A DNA stretch of 63,788 bases, counting the filler, from Chiloscyllium plagiosum (taxonomy: Eukaryota): NCBI RefSeq assembly GCF_004010195.1. It is 4 parts of one record of this genome, joined end to end, with 100 filler letters (N's around TTAATTAATTAA, not from the genome) between each part and the next. Parts side by side here need not be neighbours in the genome. Positions count along the whole stretch, not along the records: positions 1 to 18,591 come from NC_057714.1; 3 more parts are not named here. The stretch is one strand, 5' to 3'. Every line of letters starts with the position of its first letter. Position 1 is the first letter of the stretch. The position numbers and the translations under genes are program-made. The notes beneath the pieces are model-generated. The model was not told the origin of the DNA, did no database searches, and saw only the letters and a list, made by a program, of their open reading frames with translations. This document shows positions 1-12,067 of the stretch, piece by piece.

Positions 1-220
1 TGGAATGAGCTGCCAGAGAAAGTGGTGGAGGCTGGTACAATTGCAACATTTAAGAGGCATTTGGATGGGTATATGAATAGGAAGAGTTTGGAGGGATATG
101 GGCTGGGTGCTGGCAGGTGGGACTAGATTGGGTTGGGATATCTGGTCGGCATGGATGGGTTGGACCGAAGGGTCTGTTTCCATGCTGTACATCTCTATGT
201 CTCTTTGACTCTATGACTCT
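1..220 (+). mobile_element. CR1 LINE 3' end
   Basis: WNELPEKVVEAGT-type ORF2 C-terminus, CR1 3' UTR (ggaccgaagggtctgtttccatgctgta) and a (CTCTATGA)-like tail. Confidence 0.85.
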
Positions 221-892
221 CACCTGAGATTTGGTGACCCACCCAGTAAACTACCACTACTCTTCACTGAGGGGTCAGCTGTGTGGTGTGGTAAGACTAT
301 GGTGATTTTGCCTTTTACTTTAGGATCTGCTTAGAGAGGAACTTAAAGGGTTTAGAACCAGCTAACTGAAGTGATGAACATTGGGAATGCACATCTTGTT
401 ATTTTTGTAGGAGTGACGAGATCTCAGAGAGTCCTGAGGGTAAAGAAAGTTATAGAGATAGAAAGGATTGAGGCCACAGTGGGATTTTTAACACCAATTG
501 ATCATTTTAAAATTATGATATTTATAGATGTGAGATCAATTTGGGTCAGCAAACACAGGATGAAGGGTGAATGGGGCTTAGTGGAGGTTACGATATTGAC
601 AGCAAATGTTTTGGATGACTTCAACTCTATCAAAGGTGAAAGATAGGAGGGCAGCCAGGGGTGAATTAGTACAGTCAAACGTAACTAATTGCTCCATTCA
701 GATATTGAAGAAGCACATTTTGTCCTATTGTATCTTAATTAGTATTACACAACACTGCTGACACTGACCCTATTGCAATTATCTGTCCTTTTCTGAACTC
801 CTATGTATTTAAAATCTTAGTTTAAATGGTTGTAATTGGATTAGTTTCATGATTTAAGTTAGACCTTTTAAATTGTGAAAGATTTTACTGAC

Positions 893-985
893 CTCCATGA
901 TCAGGGTCTGGCCGGGACTCAGTTCAAACACTGCAGGCCTGATTGCAAATGGAGCTACATCTAGAAACCCAGCAGCTGCCACACT
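893..985 (-). CDS. DLEC1: DLEC1/CFAP81 internal coding exon (93 bp, phase 0 to phase 0)
   Basis: Not in the ORF track. Minus strand: tttttattccatag|AGT GTG GCA...ATC ATG GAG|gtcagt, giving SVAAAGFLDVAPFAIRPAVFELSPGQTLIME. It matches the DLEC1 GFVEQPPFGILPSVFELAPG motif and is in frame with the exon at 9787-9923. The gene continues beyond position 1. Confidence 0.92.
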
Positions 986-1082
986 CTATGGAATAAAAAG
1001 GAGACACTGTTTAAATCCTGAATATGCTAATATCAAATAACAAGATTTTTAAACTTTTGTTAAGATGGATGATGGTCGTGAC

Positions 1083-1760
1083 TAGAACATAGAACCTAGA
1101 AAAGTACAGCACAGAGCAGGCCCTTTGGCCCATGATGTTGTGCCAAGGTTTAATCCTAATGTAAAATATAGTAACTTAACGACACGCCCCTCAACTCACT
1201 GCTATCCATGTGCATGTCCAGCAGTCACTTAAATGTCCCTAATGACTCTGCTTCCACCACCACAGCTGGCAACGCATTCCATGCATTCACAACTCTCTGC
1301 ATAAAGAACCTACCTCTGATGTCTCCTTTATACCTTCCTCCTAGTATCTTCAAACTATGACCCCTCTAGCTTATCTCTCCATGCTTCAGGCTCACTGCCT
1401 TTATTCCTGATGGAGGGCTTTTGCCCGAAACGTCGATTTCGAAGCTCCTTGGATGCTGCCTGAACTGCTGTGCTCTTCCAGCACCACTAATCCAGAATCT
1501 GATTTCCAGCATCTGCAGTCATTGTTTTTTCCTCATACCAGTCAATCCTGCCCTGGGGAAAAGTCTCTGGCTATTGATTCTATCTATTCTACTCATTGTT
1601 TTGTATACCTCGATCAGGTCTCCTCTCTTCCTCCTTCTCTCCAGAGAGAAATACTGAGCTTATTCAACCTTTCTTCATAAGGCAAGCCCTCCAGTCCACG
1701 CAGCATCCTGGTAAACCTTCTTTGCACCCTCCCCAAAGCCTCTGAATCTTTCCTATTATA
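1083..1760 (-). mobile_element. CR1 LINE 3' fragment interrupted by a PLE-derived repeat (~1367-1535)
   Basis: Reverse-complement CR1 tail (tagaacatagaa) and ORF2 C-terminus similar to 8870-9310. The inserted segment carries a degenerate hammerhead core (ctgatgg...gaaacgtc, 1407-1434). Confidence 0.8.
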
Positions 1761-2889
1761 TTATTTGTGTATGCAACTGAATCCAAGCAATGACACGTCT
1801 ATGATTGCTCAAAAAACATAGTGGCACCAGGAAGCACTCCTATCAGGTAGTCACATCTCTGGGTACTGAATGCTGTGAATAATGAGTAAAGCTTTGCTCT
1901 GTTTATTGAAATTTATTGTCAGAAATACTGGAATTTCCATTTGCCACACCTAGTATCATAAGGAATGAAATTTATAGCTTTTGTGCAGTCGGCTCATATC
2001 CGCTGTAGACTGGACAAAGCTATTTCCAAAATCATTTCAGCAAGAACCCTCACAGTCAGATTACCATATAGTATTTCAGCACAGGAGGCAGCCATTCAGT
2101 TCATCATGTTGCCATTGGCTGTTTGCAAGAGTTATCCAATTAATCTCACTCTTCTGCTTTATCCCCATTGTGCTACAATTTTCTCCTCTGCATGTGTAGA
2201 GCCAATATGCTTTTGAAAGTAGTATAATCGCAGACAAAAGTTATGTTATGATCTAGCTTGTGACTAACAACTTGCTCCTAGAGTTGATAAAATGTGAGAT
2301 CTAGATACTTTCCAAGAGAATAACGTCACAAGATTTCATGATTTTGAATAAACAACAATAAAATTTATGAAACATGTAAAAACATCAATAGTGTATGGGA
2401 CCACGTATTTTACTTTTGGACCATAAGTTGGAAAATGGTAGTTGGATATTGCTATATTATTAAAAAGTACTGGGAGAGTTTGTTTTTAATGCAACTTGAA
2501 GATCAAGTGAGATTATGTAACGTACACTTTCACTCTACAAGATTACAGACTTAATCTTACTAATAATTGACCAAGTGTTATTTATGGTGAGTTTACCTCA
2601 ACTGACTGGAGTAGCACGCTGGAAATCAAGATCTGTTATTCCAGAAGTCATCACAAAAGTTAATTTACTCATATTCTAGACCCAGGTTGACAGAAAGCAC
2701 AGATTAGATTTCTATACTTAACAAAACTACTATTTATTACAAACAAATCAACTTTAGGTACTTGTACACAGTCATTAACCATGGACATATAACTTTACTA
2801 ATTAAAGTAAACAAATTTTCAAAAGCTCTACCTACAGGTAAACAATTATAACACTACTAGTCAAAACTCTAATCCACTTGTAAGCTCCC

Positions 2890-2890
<1 letters not shown>

Positions 2891-2937
<47 letters not shown>
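2891..2937. repeat. (CT)n(CA)n compound microsatellite
   Basis: Directly visible. Confidence 0.9.
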
Positions 2938-2938
<1 letters not shown>

Positions 2939-4292
2939 AATGCACGCATGCAAAAACACAGTTGTTATGGATGGGGGAGCACTGGGAAAGCAGTTTAGTG
3001 GCCATCATTCACACAGTCTGTTAAGATGATTCTTGTGCTGATCAGAATGCTCCTTCTGGGTCTTCCACTTTCCAGACGCATCCATTGGTTTGCAAGAGGC
3101 AAAGGGTGGGCTGGTTCATTGTTAAAAAGTCTCTAACTAAAAGTCACTGCTTACAGCAACTACTGAACAAAAAGCAAACTTGTTTTCTTCAGGCTTAAAA
3201 TGGCTTTTCCTGCGGAGAATTGAGAGAGTTCAGAGCTGGTGGAGGTGTGAAGGCTTCTTTGTATCATATTCACAGCCCCAAGCTGTTCAGATACCCTAAG
3301 TTGTTCAATCACATAACTCTTGACAGGCAGGAGACCTTTGTCATTGATAAATGGTCACTGGTCCACAAACAACTCCGTTACTCATTGCCAACCACATCTC
3401 CATTTGCACACAACCTTTTGACTTTAGTTTGTGTTTAACCACAGCTGTTAGAGCTGCACAAACAGTGTTCACAATGAGTACCATGTTACTTGCTTTCAAC
3501 CAATGCAGCAATCTTTGTAATCTCTGGCTTTAAAACAGCTTTTTCTTATTTCAATCCACAATTTAACGAACACTTAATCAAGCAGACAGGTTTTTTGCAA
3601 GTTTCATGGAAATGTTTCTCTCCACAAAGCTTAGCGAGCTTTCTCACACCATCATCACAAACCCAACTCACTACCTATGCATCACTCTCTTCTAGCATCT
3701 CACTCATCACATTCTCCCACTTGTCACAGATGGAAGTATGCATCACTGCCAGGATAAGCCATGATCCCTGGCACCGACTTCTTGTCTGAGCCCCAGTCAT
3801 GCCTTGGCAAGTATTGGCAGTCCAGAACTGCCCTTCACTGTGCATGAAGTGGAACATCAACCATAAAACAATGCTTCTCAGATAAGTGGCACAGCTGAGA
3901 CTTCATTGCCCATAGAAGTGCACAGCAAAGCCACATAGCGTACACATCCTCAGCCTCATCTTATGTTACAACCCCATCTTAGTCTTTCCCCAACGTCCAG
4001 TGTCGCTCAGAGTCTTATCATTGTTCAATGTGCAATCATCACATATAGGAAGGACTTGCAAAAGGTAAGGCTGAAGAATTGGCAACAATCCTCGGCCAGG
4101 ACTGCTGAACGGATGATCCATCTCAGCCTCCTCCAGAGGTCCCAGCATCAAAGATGCCAATTAAGATTGTTTCATCTGCCCACAACCTCTGCAGATTTAT
4201 AGCAATGTCAAAATCTGGCAAACTAATGGTTTGTTCAGCACCTAAACTTCCATTATATAAATTAGAGCAGAACAAAAACCTAATTATCCATT

Positions 4293-4750
4293 TTTAAAAA
4301 TCATACAACACCAGGTTATAGTCCAACAGGTTTAATTGGAAGCACTAGCTTTCAGAGCGCCGCTCCTTCATCAGGTGATTGTGGAGAACACAATTGTAAG
4401 TCAGAATTTATAGCAAAAGTTTACAGTGTGATGTCACTGAAACTATATATTGAAAGATACCTTGATTGTTTGTTCAGTATCTCATCTGTTAGAATGACCA
4501 TGATAGTTTCATTCTAACAGATGAGAGACTTAACAAACAATCAAGGTATTTTCAATGTATAATTTCAGCTACATCACACTATAAACTTTTGTTATAAATT
4601 CTGTCTTACAATTGTGTTCTCCACAACCACCTGATGAAGGAACAGCACTCTGAAAGCTAGTGCTTCCAATTCAACCTGTTGGACTATAACCTAGGATTGT
4701 GTGATTTTTAACTTTGTACACCCCAGTCCAACACCAGCATCTCCAAATCA
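4293..4750 (+). mobile_element. Penelope-like terminal-repeat element forming a long fold-back
   Basis: Inverted arms ~4294-4497 and 4509-4711 with an 11-nt loop and a 39-nt unpaired tail. The 12-bp TSD taattatccatt/taaatatccatt lies at 4281-4292 and 4751-4762. A CTGATGA...GAAA core is present in each arm. Confidence 0.75.
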
Positions 4751-5443
4751 TAAATATCCATTGACATTTAGAGTTAAAATAAGTTAACTGTGCGGGAGGA
4801 AGAAATCCTTTAACTCCATAGGCTCAGTACTTAATAGAGCATCCAGAATGCTAGACACAGTTGAATTTGGGTTGTTCTGAAATGTTAACTTCGGTTCTTT
4901 CTACACAGATGCTGCCAGACTTGTCAGGTTTCTCCAGCATTCTCTGTGTTTGTTTCAGATATCCAGTAACTGCAGTATTTTGCTTTTATTTAAGGAAGTG
5001 GGATGCCTCATTCAGGATTTCCATGATTTAAGGTCCCTTGCAGCCATAAAATCGCAGGGTTTATCATCTCGAAGTAGTCATTATCTACCTATGCTCCTTC
5101 TTACAATCCCGGCAATGCTCACTTGAGCTCTGGCACTGCTGGGACTGATGGGACTATCAGATTGTCTGGCAGGTCCTAAGGTAGTGTGGGAGTGGAAGTC
5201 GCACTATTAGCTGTGGGGCAGACTTTTGAGGAGTGAGCTGGCTTCCAGACAACTTTCCATCTGGATGAGCAGTCCATGCTGCCTAAAATCCAGCCCCACA
5301 AGTTCATTTCTATTTAAAACAAAGAATTCTGTCAAAAGTTTCATAAGCACTGGCTCTTTCAGTCACCTGCCAAGAAACATTGCTTGAAACTTGTTCAAGG
5401 TACAGTAGGACAGTGTCATTCATTGTAGTTTTTCTGTTGCCCT

Positions 5444-6242
5444 TGTTGTGAAGTTGAAGGTGTGTACTGTACCTTTAAGAGAGAGAGAATGCTGTTCTGA
5501 ACTGAGAGATTATAAGCACCTATATACATGACTAGATGGCAATCCCAGAGTGTACTGGAAAATTGAAAAGATATAATATTTGGCTGTGAAATGGATACCT
5601 GAGTTTTGGTTTCTGTTTTGACAAAATTCAAATTTAACTAAACACTTTAAATTATGTCCCAGGATACTAAAACCCAATCTAGTTTGAATTTATTGTTTTG
5701 CCAACAATATTATCTGATGTTGAGGGTATAAAAATGGGGGCATATTGAAAATTGGTCAGAGAGCAGCTGCCTTAGAGAGAGAAACTGGAGAGCTATTTGC
5801 CTATCTAACATCTTGCTCTCCAAGAAATTAGGAAACTCTCTCTAACAAAGGTACCTTTTCACGTGAAACATTCTCACGCCAAAAAGAAAGAAGTCCACCC
5901 AGGAATATCCTCATCCGGAAGAGTACAAACACAGAAGAAGACAGCGCTGTGTGGTTTTGAAATTAAGTGGATGTAATTTTAATAAGTGTCTTATTGGAAC
6001 AGCATATTGTTATAGAGTTGGAGGCAGATAGTAAGCAGTTAAGAGAAAAGGGGGCTTAGAGTTGTGAATAGTGGTTGTTTAATGTTCACTTGAAGAGTTA
6101 AAAAACAAATTAATGTTATTTTCTTTCAATAGTGGAATTTGGGACTTCTCTGTCACTCATATTTTAACAGATTATGAGGCAAGATGAGCTTTTCTGGGTG
6201 TTCGGTTTAATTAACAAAGGGGATCACCTCTGTGTCGCAACA
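5444..6242. mobile_element. Solo LTR
   Basis: Termini TGTTGTGA...TCGCAACA (7/8 inverted match, TG...CA), flanks ccct/tcct (imperfect 4-bp TSD), non-coding interior. Confidence 0.55.
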
Positions 6243-6479
6243 TCCTTAAGATCATTTTGTTGAAGTCATGGGTCACCCAAAGGACACTCTGAGACGTTGA
6301 ATGGTCGACAGAGACTGAAGGTGATTGCCAGCCAAATTGATGGTATGAGCAAAAACCTTTTCACACAGTGTACACTGCCACATAGAGTTACTTAGCTGTA
6401 AACTTCAAATAAAATAGTAGGAGAAGAATTTGCAGAGATATGAAGAAAAGCTGTTGAACGGACATAACTGGATAACTCT

Positions 6480-9310
6480 TTGAAAGAGCTAGCACAGACT
6501 GAATGGGTTGAATAGTGATGAACTTAGATTATGGATCAGTACTTGGGGCTATGATATTGTGGCCATAACGGAGACGTGGGTTTCACAGGGGCAGGAATGG
6601 TTGCTAAATGTTCCAGGGTTTAGAACATTTAAAAAAGAACAGGGAAGGTGGAAAAAGAGGAGGGGGTGTAGCATTGCTAATCAGAGAGTACATCACAGCT
6701 ATAGAAATGAAGGCTGCTGAGGAAGGTTTGTCTACTGAGTCAGTTTGGGTGAAAGTTAGGAACAGCAAGGTGGTAGCCACCTCATTGGGAGTTTTCTACA
6801 GATCCCCTAATAGCAGTAGGGAGATTGAAGAACTCATAGGCTGGCAGATTTTGGAAAAATGCAGATGTAGCAGGGTTGTTGTTATGGGTGACTTCAACTT
6901 TCCCAATATTGACTGGAGCCTCCTTAGTACAGATGGTTTGGATAGAGCCATTTTTGTCAGGTGTGTTCAGGAGGGTTTTGTTATTCAGTATGGAGACAGG
7001 CTGACAAGGGGGGAGGCCATTTTGGATTTGGTGCTTGGCAATGAGCCAGGACAGGTGTCAGATCTCGCGGTGGGAGAACACTTTGGTGACAGTGACCACA
7101 ACTGCCTCACATTTACCACTGCCTTGGAGAGGGAAAGGAGCAGTTACCGAGGGAAGATATTTAACTGGGGAAAAGGAAATTATGATGCTATCAGACAGGA
7201 GTTGGAAAGTTCAGATTGGGAGCAATTCTTCCACAGAAAGGGCACAGCAGACATGTGGAGACTGTTTAAGGAGCAGTTGTTGCGAGTGATGCACAAATTT
7301 GTTCCACTGAGACAGGTAAGAAGGGGTAAGATTAAGGAGCCTTGGATGACGAGAACAGAGGAGCTTCTCGTCAAAAGGAAGAAGGCAGCTTACTTAAGGT
7401 GAAGGAAGCAAGGATCCAGCACAGCTTTAGAGGATTACAGGCTGGCTAGAAAGGTGCTGAGAAATGGACTGAGGAGAGCCAGGAGGGGGCACGAAAAAGG
7501 CTTGGCAGGAAGGATTAGGGAGAACCCAAAGGCATTTTACACATACGTGAGGTATAAGAGAATGATCAGGGAGAAAGTAGGATCGATCAATGATAGCGTA
7601 GGGAACTCGTGCACAGAGTCTGAGCAGATAGGGGAAGTCCTAAATGAGTATTTTGCTTCAGTTTTCACTAAGGGACCTTGTTGTGAATAAGAACTTTTAG
7701 AAGCTGGGATACAGGCTTGAACAGATCAAGATTGATGAAGTTGATGTACTGGAAATTTTGGCAAACATTAAGATTAATAGGTCCCCAGGGCCAGACCAGA
7801 TTTATCCTTGATTGCTCTGGGAAGTGAGAAAGGAGGTTGCTAAGCTGCTGGCAAAGATCTTTGCTACCTCACTCTCACGGGAGTCGTACCGGAGGATTGG
7901 AAGGAGGCGAATGTTGTTCCTCTTTTCAAGAAGGGCAATAGGGAAATCCCTGGCAATTACAGACCAGTCAGTCTCACGTCTGTGGTCAGCAAAGTTTTGG
8001 AAAGAATTCTAAGGGATAGGATTTATGACTATTTGGAAAAGCATAGCGTGATTAAAGGCAGTCAGCATGGCTTTGTGAGGGGCAGGTCATGCCTCACAAA
8101 TCTTATTAAGTTCTTTGAGGAGGTGATGAGACAGGTAGACGAAGGTCGAGCAGTGGATGTGGCATTTGATGTGGCAAGGCATTTGATAAGGTTCCCCATG
8201 ATAGGCTCATTCATAAAGTCAGGAAGTATGGGATACTGGGAGATTTGGCTATCTGGATCAGAATTGGCTGGCTGACAGAAGGCAGAGAGTGGTTGTAGAT
8301 GGAAAGTATTCTGCCTGGAGGTCAGTGTTGAGTGGTGTCCCACAGGGCTCTGTTCCTGGGCCTCTGCTCTTTGTAGTTTTTATAAATGGATGAGGAGGTT
8401 GAGGAGTAGCTTAGTAAATTTGCTGATGACACAAAAGTTGGAGGTGCTGTTGATAATATTGAGGGCTGTTGTAGGCTGCAACGTGACATAGACAGGATGC
8501 AGAGCTGGGCTGAGATATATCAACCTGGATAAATGCAAAGTGATGCATTTTGTAAGGCGAACTTGAATGCTGAACATAAGAGGATTTGTTCAGGATTCTT
8601 GGTGGTGTGGAGGAACAGAGGGATCTTGGTGTTCAAGTGCATAGATCCCTCAAAGTTGCAACCTAAGTGGATAGGGTTGTTAAGAAAGCATATGATGTTT
8701 TGGCTTACATTAACAGTGGGATCGAGTTTAAGAGCCCCCCGCAAGGTTTTGCTACAGCTCGACAAGTCCCTGGTGAGATCACACTTGAAATATTGTGTCC
8801 AGTTCTGGTCGCCGCCCTACTATAGGAAAGATACAGAGGCTTTGGAGAGAGTGCAAAGAAGGTTTACCAGGATGCTGCCTGAACTGGGGGGCTTGCATTA
8901 TGAAGGGAGGTCGACTAAGCTCGGACTTTTCTCTCTGGAGAGGAGGAAGAGAGGTGACCTGATCGAGGTATACAAGGTAATGAAAGGCATGGATAGAGTC
9001 AATAGCCAAAAACTCTTCCCCAGGGCAGGATTGACTGGCATGAGGGGTCATAGTTTTAAGATATCAGGAGAAAGATATAGACGAGACGTCAGAGGAAGGT
9101 TCTTTACGCAGAGAGTTGTGAATGCATAGAATGTATTGCCAGCGGTGGTGGTGGAAGCAGAGTCATTAGGGACATTTAAGCGACTGCTGGACATGCACAT
9201 GGACAGCAGTGAATTAAGGGGTGCATGGTTAGGTTATTTTATTTTACATTAGGATTAACCCTTGGCACAACATTGTGGGCCGAAGGGCCTGTTCTGTACT
9301 GTACTTTTCT
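6480..9310 (+). mobile_element. CR1 LINE with nearly complete but frameshifted ORF2 (APE endonuclease + RT) and 3' UTR
   Basis: Endonuclease motifs DIVAITETW, GGGVAL, MGDFNFP and SDHN; RT motifs QHGFVRGRSCLTNL and KFADD; C-terminal RSHLKYCVQFWSP...FFTQRVVNA. Multiple stops and frameshifts. Confidence 0.95.
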
Positions 9311-9786
9311 AAAAAAAATGTCAGTGTCATTGCTATATTGTTCAGTGCTATTGCACAGAATTATAGTCTGTGTTGGTAATTTATCACATGGGTGAACTTC
9401 TGATCCCAACTGTGTGACTGAAATTGATTTAATAGTAGTTCTAACTTTCAGTTGTGCCACAGACATTGAGATAGCAATAGATCCTGAAGCTATACTCAAA
9501 ATGGGAAGTTGAACCAACAACTTTCTAGTTGTACAGTTGGGCAATAGCTATAGCACAGTCAACCACAAAGTGAGTCTCTCAATTAAAATAAAGAAGTCAT
9601 TTGTTCAAAAGTCTCCAGAATATGAAGAATCTTAGTCACTTGTTTTTACAAGGAATTTCCCCTAAATAAGCAAAAATTCCAAAAGTTAATCATGAAACAC
9701 ACATTCATGAAAACACAGCAAAGACAATCCAACTTACTATACCTTCATCTTTTTTTGAGTCCAAAATCTACGCACACAGAACTCAC

Positions 9787-9923
9787 CCTGAAATTTGTAG
9801 TTGGCCACATTTTCTTTGGCATCACACAAAAACAGCCAGAGTTGTAGCCATCATTTCTACAAAGGAACTCTGTGATCTTCACTCCACCCACCAGGCAATA
9901 TCCACAGTCTAAAGTACCAGGTA
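9787..9923 (-). CDS. DLEC1: DLEC1/CFAP81 internal coding exon (137 bp, phase 1 to phase 0)
   Basis: Not in the ORF track. Minus strand: ttttctatctgactcacag|TA CCT GGT ACT TTA GAC TGT GGA TAT TGC...AAT TTC AGG|gtgagt, giving (L)PGTLDCGYCLVGGVKITEFLCRNDGYNSGCFCVMPKKMWPTTNFR. It matches the DLEC1 LDCGYCLIGG...FCIMPK.SWP..F motif and joins the previous exon in frame. Confidence 0.93.
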
Positions 9924-10024
9924 CTGTGAGTCAGATAGAAAACAGCAGTTTATTCTTTGCATTAATCATACAACAAAAGGTCAAAATTCTGTTCCATTTC
10001 AATCTTTATGACTTTTGGTGCTGG

Positions 10025-11270
10025 GAGAAAGTAAGGACTGCAGATGCTGGAGATCAGAGCTGAAAATGTGTTGCTGGAAAAGCGCAGCAAGTCAGGCAGC
10101 ATCCAAGGAGCAGGAGAATCGACGTTTCAGGAATGAAGAGAGTGTGCCAAGCAGGCTAAGATAAAAGGTAGGGANNNNNNNNNNNNNNNNNNNNNNNNNN
10201 NNNNNNNNNNNNNNNNNNNNNNNNNNNNNNNNNNNNNNNNNNNNNNNNNNNNNNNNNNNNNNNNNNNNNNNNNNNNNNNNNNNNNNNNNNNNNNNNNNNN
10301 NNNNNNNNNNNNNNNNNNNNNNNNNNNNNNNNNNNNNNNNNNNNNNNNNNNNNNNNNNNNNNNNNNNNNNNNNNNNNNNNNNNNNNNNNNNNNNNNNNNN
10401 NNNNNNNNNNNNNNNNNNNNNNNNNNNNNNNNNNNNNNNNNNNNNNNNNNNNNNNNNNNNNNNNNNNNNNNNNNNNNNNNNNNNNNNNNNNNNNNNNNNN
10501 NNNNNNNNNNNNNNNNNNNNNNNNNNNNNNNNNNNNNNNNNNNNNNNNNNNNNNNNNNNNNNNNNNNNNNNNNNNNNNNNNNNNNNNNNNNNNNNNNNNN
10601 NNNNNNNNNNNNNNNNNNNNNNNNNNNNNNNNNNNNNNNNNNNNNNNNNNNNNNNNNNNNNNNNNNNNNNNNNNNNNNNNNNNNNNNNNNNNNNNNNNNN
10701 NNNNNNNNNNNNNNNNNNNNNNNNNNNNNNNNNNNNNNNNNNNNNNNNNNNNNNNNNNNNNNNNNNNNNNNNNNNNNNNNNNNNNNNNNNNNNNNNNNNN
10801 NNNNNNNNNNNNNNNNNNNNNNNNNNNNNNNNNNNNNNNNNNNNNNNNNNNNNNNNNNNNNNNNNNNNNNNNNNNNNNNNNNNNNNNNNNNNNNNNNNNN
10901 NNNNNNNNNNNNNNNNNNNNNNNNNNNNNNNNNNNNNNNNNNNNNNNNNNNNNNNNNNNNNNNNNNNNNNNNNNNNNNNNNNNNNNNNNNNNNNNNNNNN
11001 NNNNNNNNNNNNNNNNNNNNNNNNNNNNNNNNNNNCTTCTTCCTGACCTCTCCGCCCCCACCCCCACTCCGGCCTATCACCCTCACCTTAACCTCCTTCC
11101 ACCTATCGCATTTCCAACGCCCCTCCCCCAAGTCCCTCCTCCCTACCTTTTATCTTAGCCTGCTTGGCACACTCTCCTCATTCCTGAAGATGGGCTCATG
11201 CCCAAAACGTCGATTTTCCTGCTCCTTGGATGCTGCCTGACCTGCTGCACTTTTCCAGCAACACATTTTC
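10025..11270 (-). mobile_element. Penelope-like element with inverted terminal repeats, centre in assembly gap
   Basis: Exact 15-bp TSD gacttttggtgctgg (10010-10024 and 11271-11285). The ends are inverted copies of the same repeat, with a degenerate hammerhead at ~11184-11211. Gap at 10175-11035. Confidence 0.75.
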
Positions 11271-11399
11271 GACTTTTGGTGCTGGTTTGGTTTGCATTAT
11301 CAACTGCTCCAAATCTAGAACCCCCTTTTCCCTATTGCTTATATTACATAGAACATATAGAACATAGAACATTACGTCTCTTAGAAGCTTCTTAAAGTG

Positions 11400-11732
11400 T
11401 TCTAAAGAGGGGCATGAATAGGATTAATGGTAGTTGTCTTTTTCCTCAGATGGGGGCACATTTTTAAGGTGAGAGCAGAGCAATTTTAAAAAGACATGAG
11501 GGATTTTTTTTTTCACACAGAGGGTGGTTTGTATATGTAATGAAATTCCTAAGAAAGTGGTGGATATGGATACAATTACAACATTTAAAAGGCATTTGGA
11601 TAAGTACATGAATAGAAAAGGTCTGGTCAGATATGAGCCAGGAGCAGGCAGATGGGACTAGTTTAGTTTGGGATTATGTTCAGCATGGACTGGTTGGACT
11701 GAAGGTTCTGTTTCTGTGCTGTATGACTCTAT
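11400..11732 (+). mobile_element. CR1 LINE 3' end
   Basis: Degenerate FFTQRVV region, CR1 3' UTR and tail (gtatgactctat). Confidence 0.8.
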
Positions 11733-12067
11733 TCATTGAATCCCTATGGTATGGAAATAGGCCATTTGGTCCAAAAAGTCCACACTGACTCTCCATTCAG
11801 TAACCACTCAAAACCATTCCCTATTACTTTACATTGCCCCTAACTAATGCACCTAACCTACACATCCCTGAACACTATGGGTAATTTAACATAGTCAATT
11901 CACCTAACCTGCACATCTTTGGACCGTGGGGGGGAAACCGGAGGAAACGCGCACAGACAGGGGAAGAATGTGCAAACTCCACTCCGTATTGGCCCGTGGC
12001 TGGAATCAAACCCTGGTCCCTAGCGCTGTGAGGCAGCAGTGTTAACTGCTCAGCCACCGTGCCACCC
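11733..12067 (-). mobile_element. tRNA-derived SINE (HE1-like)
   Basis: Minus strand begins gggtggcacggtggctgagcagttaacactgctgcctcacagc with a B-box-like ggtttgattcc and ends in a CR1-like tail. Same family as 17054-17368 and 57484-57618. Confidence 0.8.

Noticed and set aside
2240..3650. Further LTR-like tracts (also ~12600-13200 and ~35380-36030)
   Set aside because: Composition is suggestive, but I could not define TG...CA termini or TSDs.
3670..5300. Possible DNA-transposon (Harbinger-like) remnant ending aaaatccagccc
   Set aside because: No matching left TIR and no recognisable transposase motif.
10127..11131. Long ORFs of 279-516 aa in the ORF track (also 49334-50274 and 56944-59131)
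   Set aside because: Their length comes from runs of N; the real parts are retroelement sequence.
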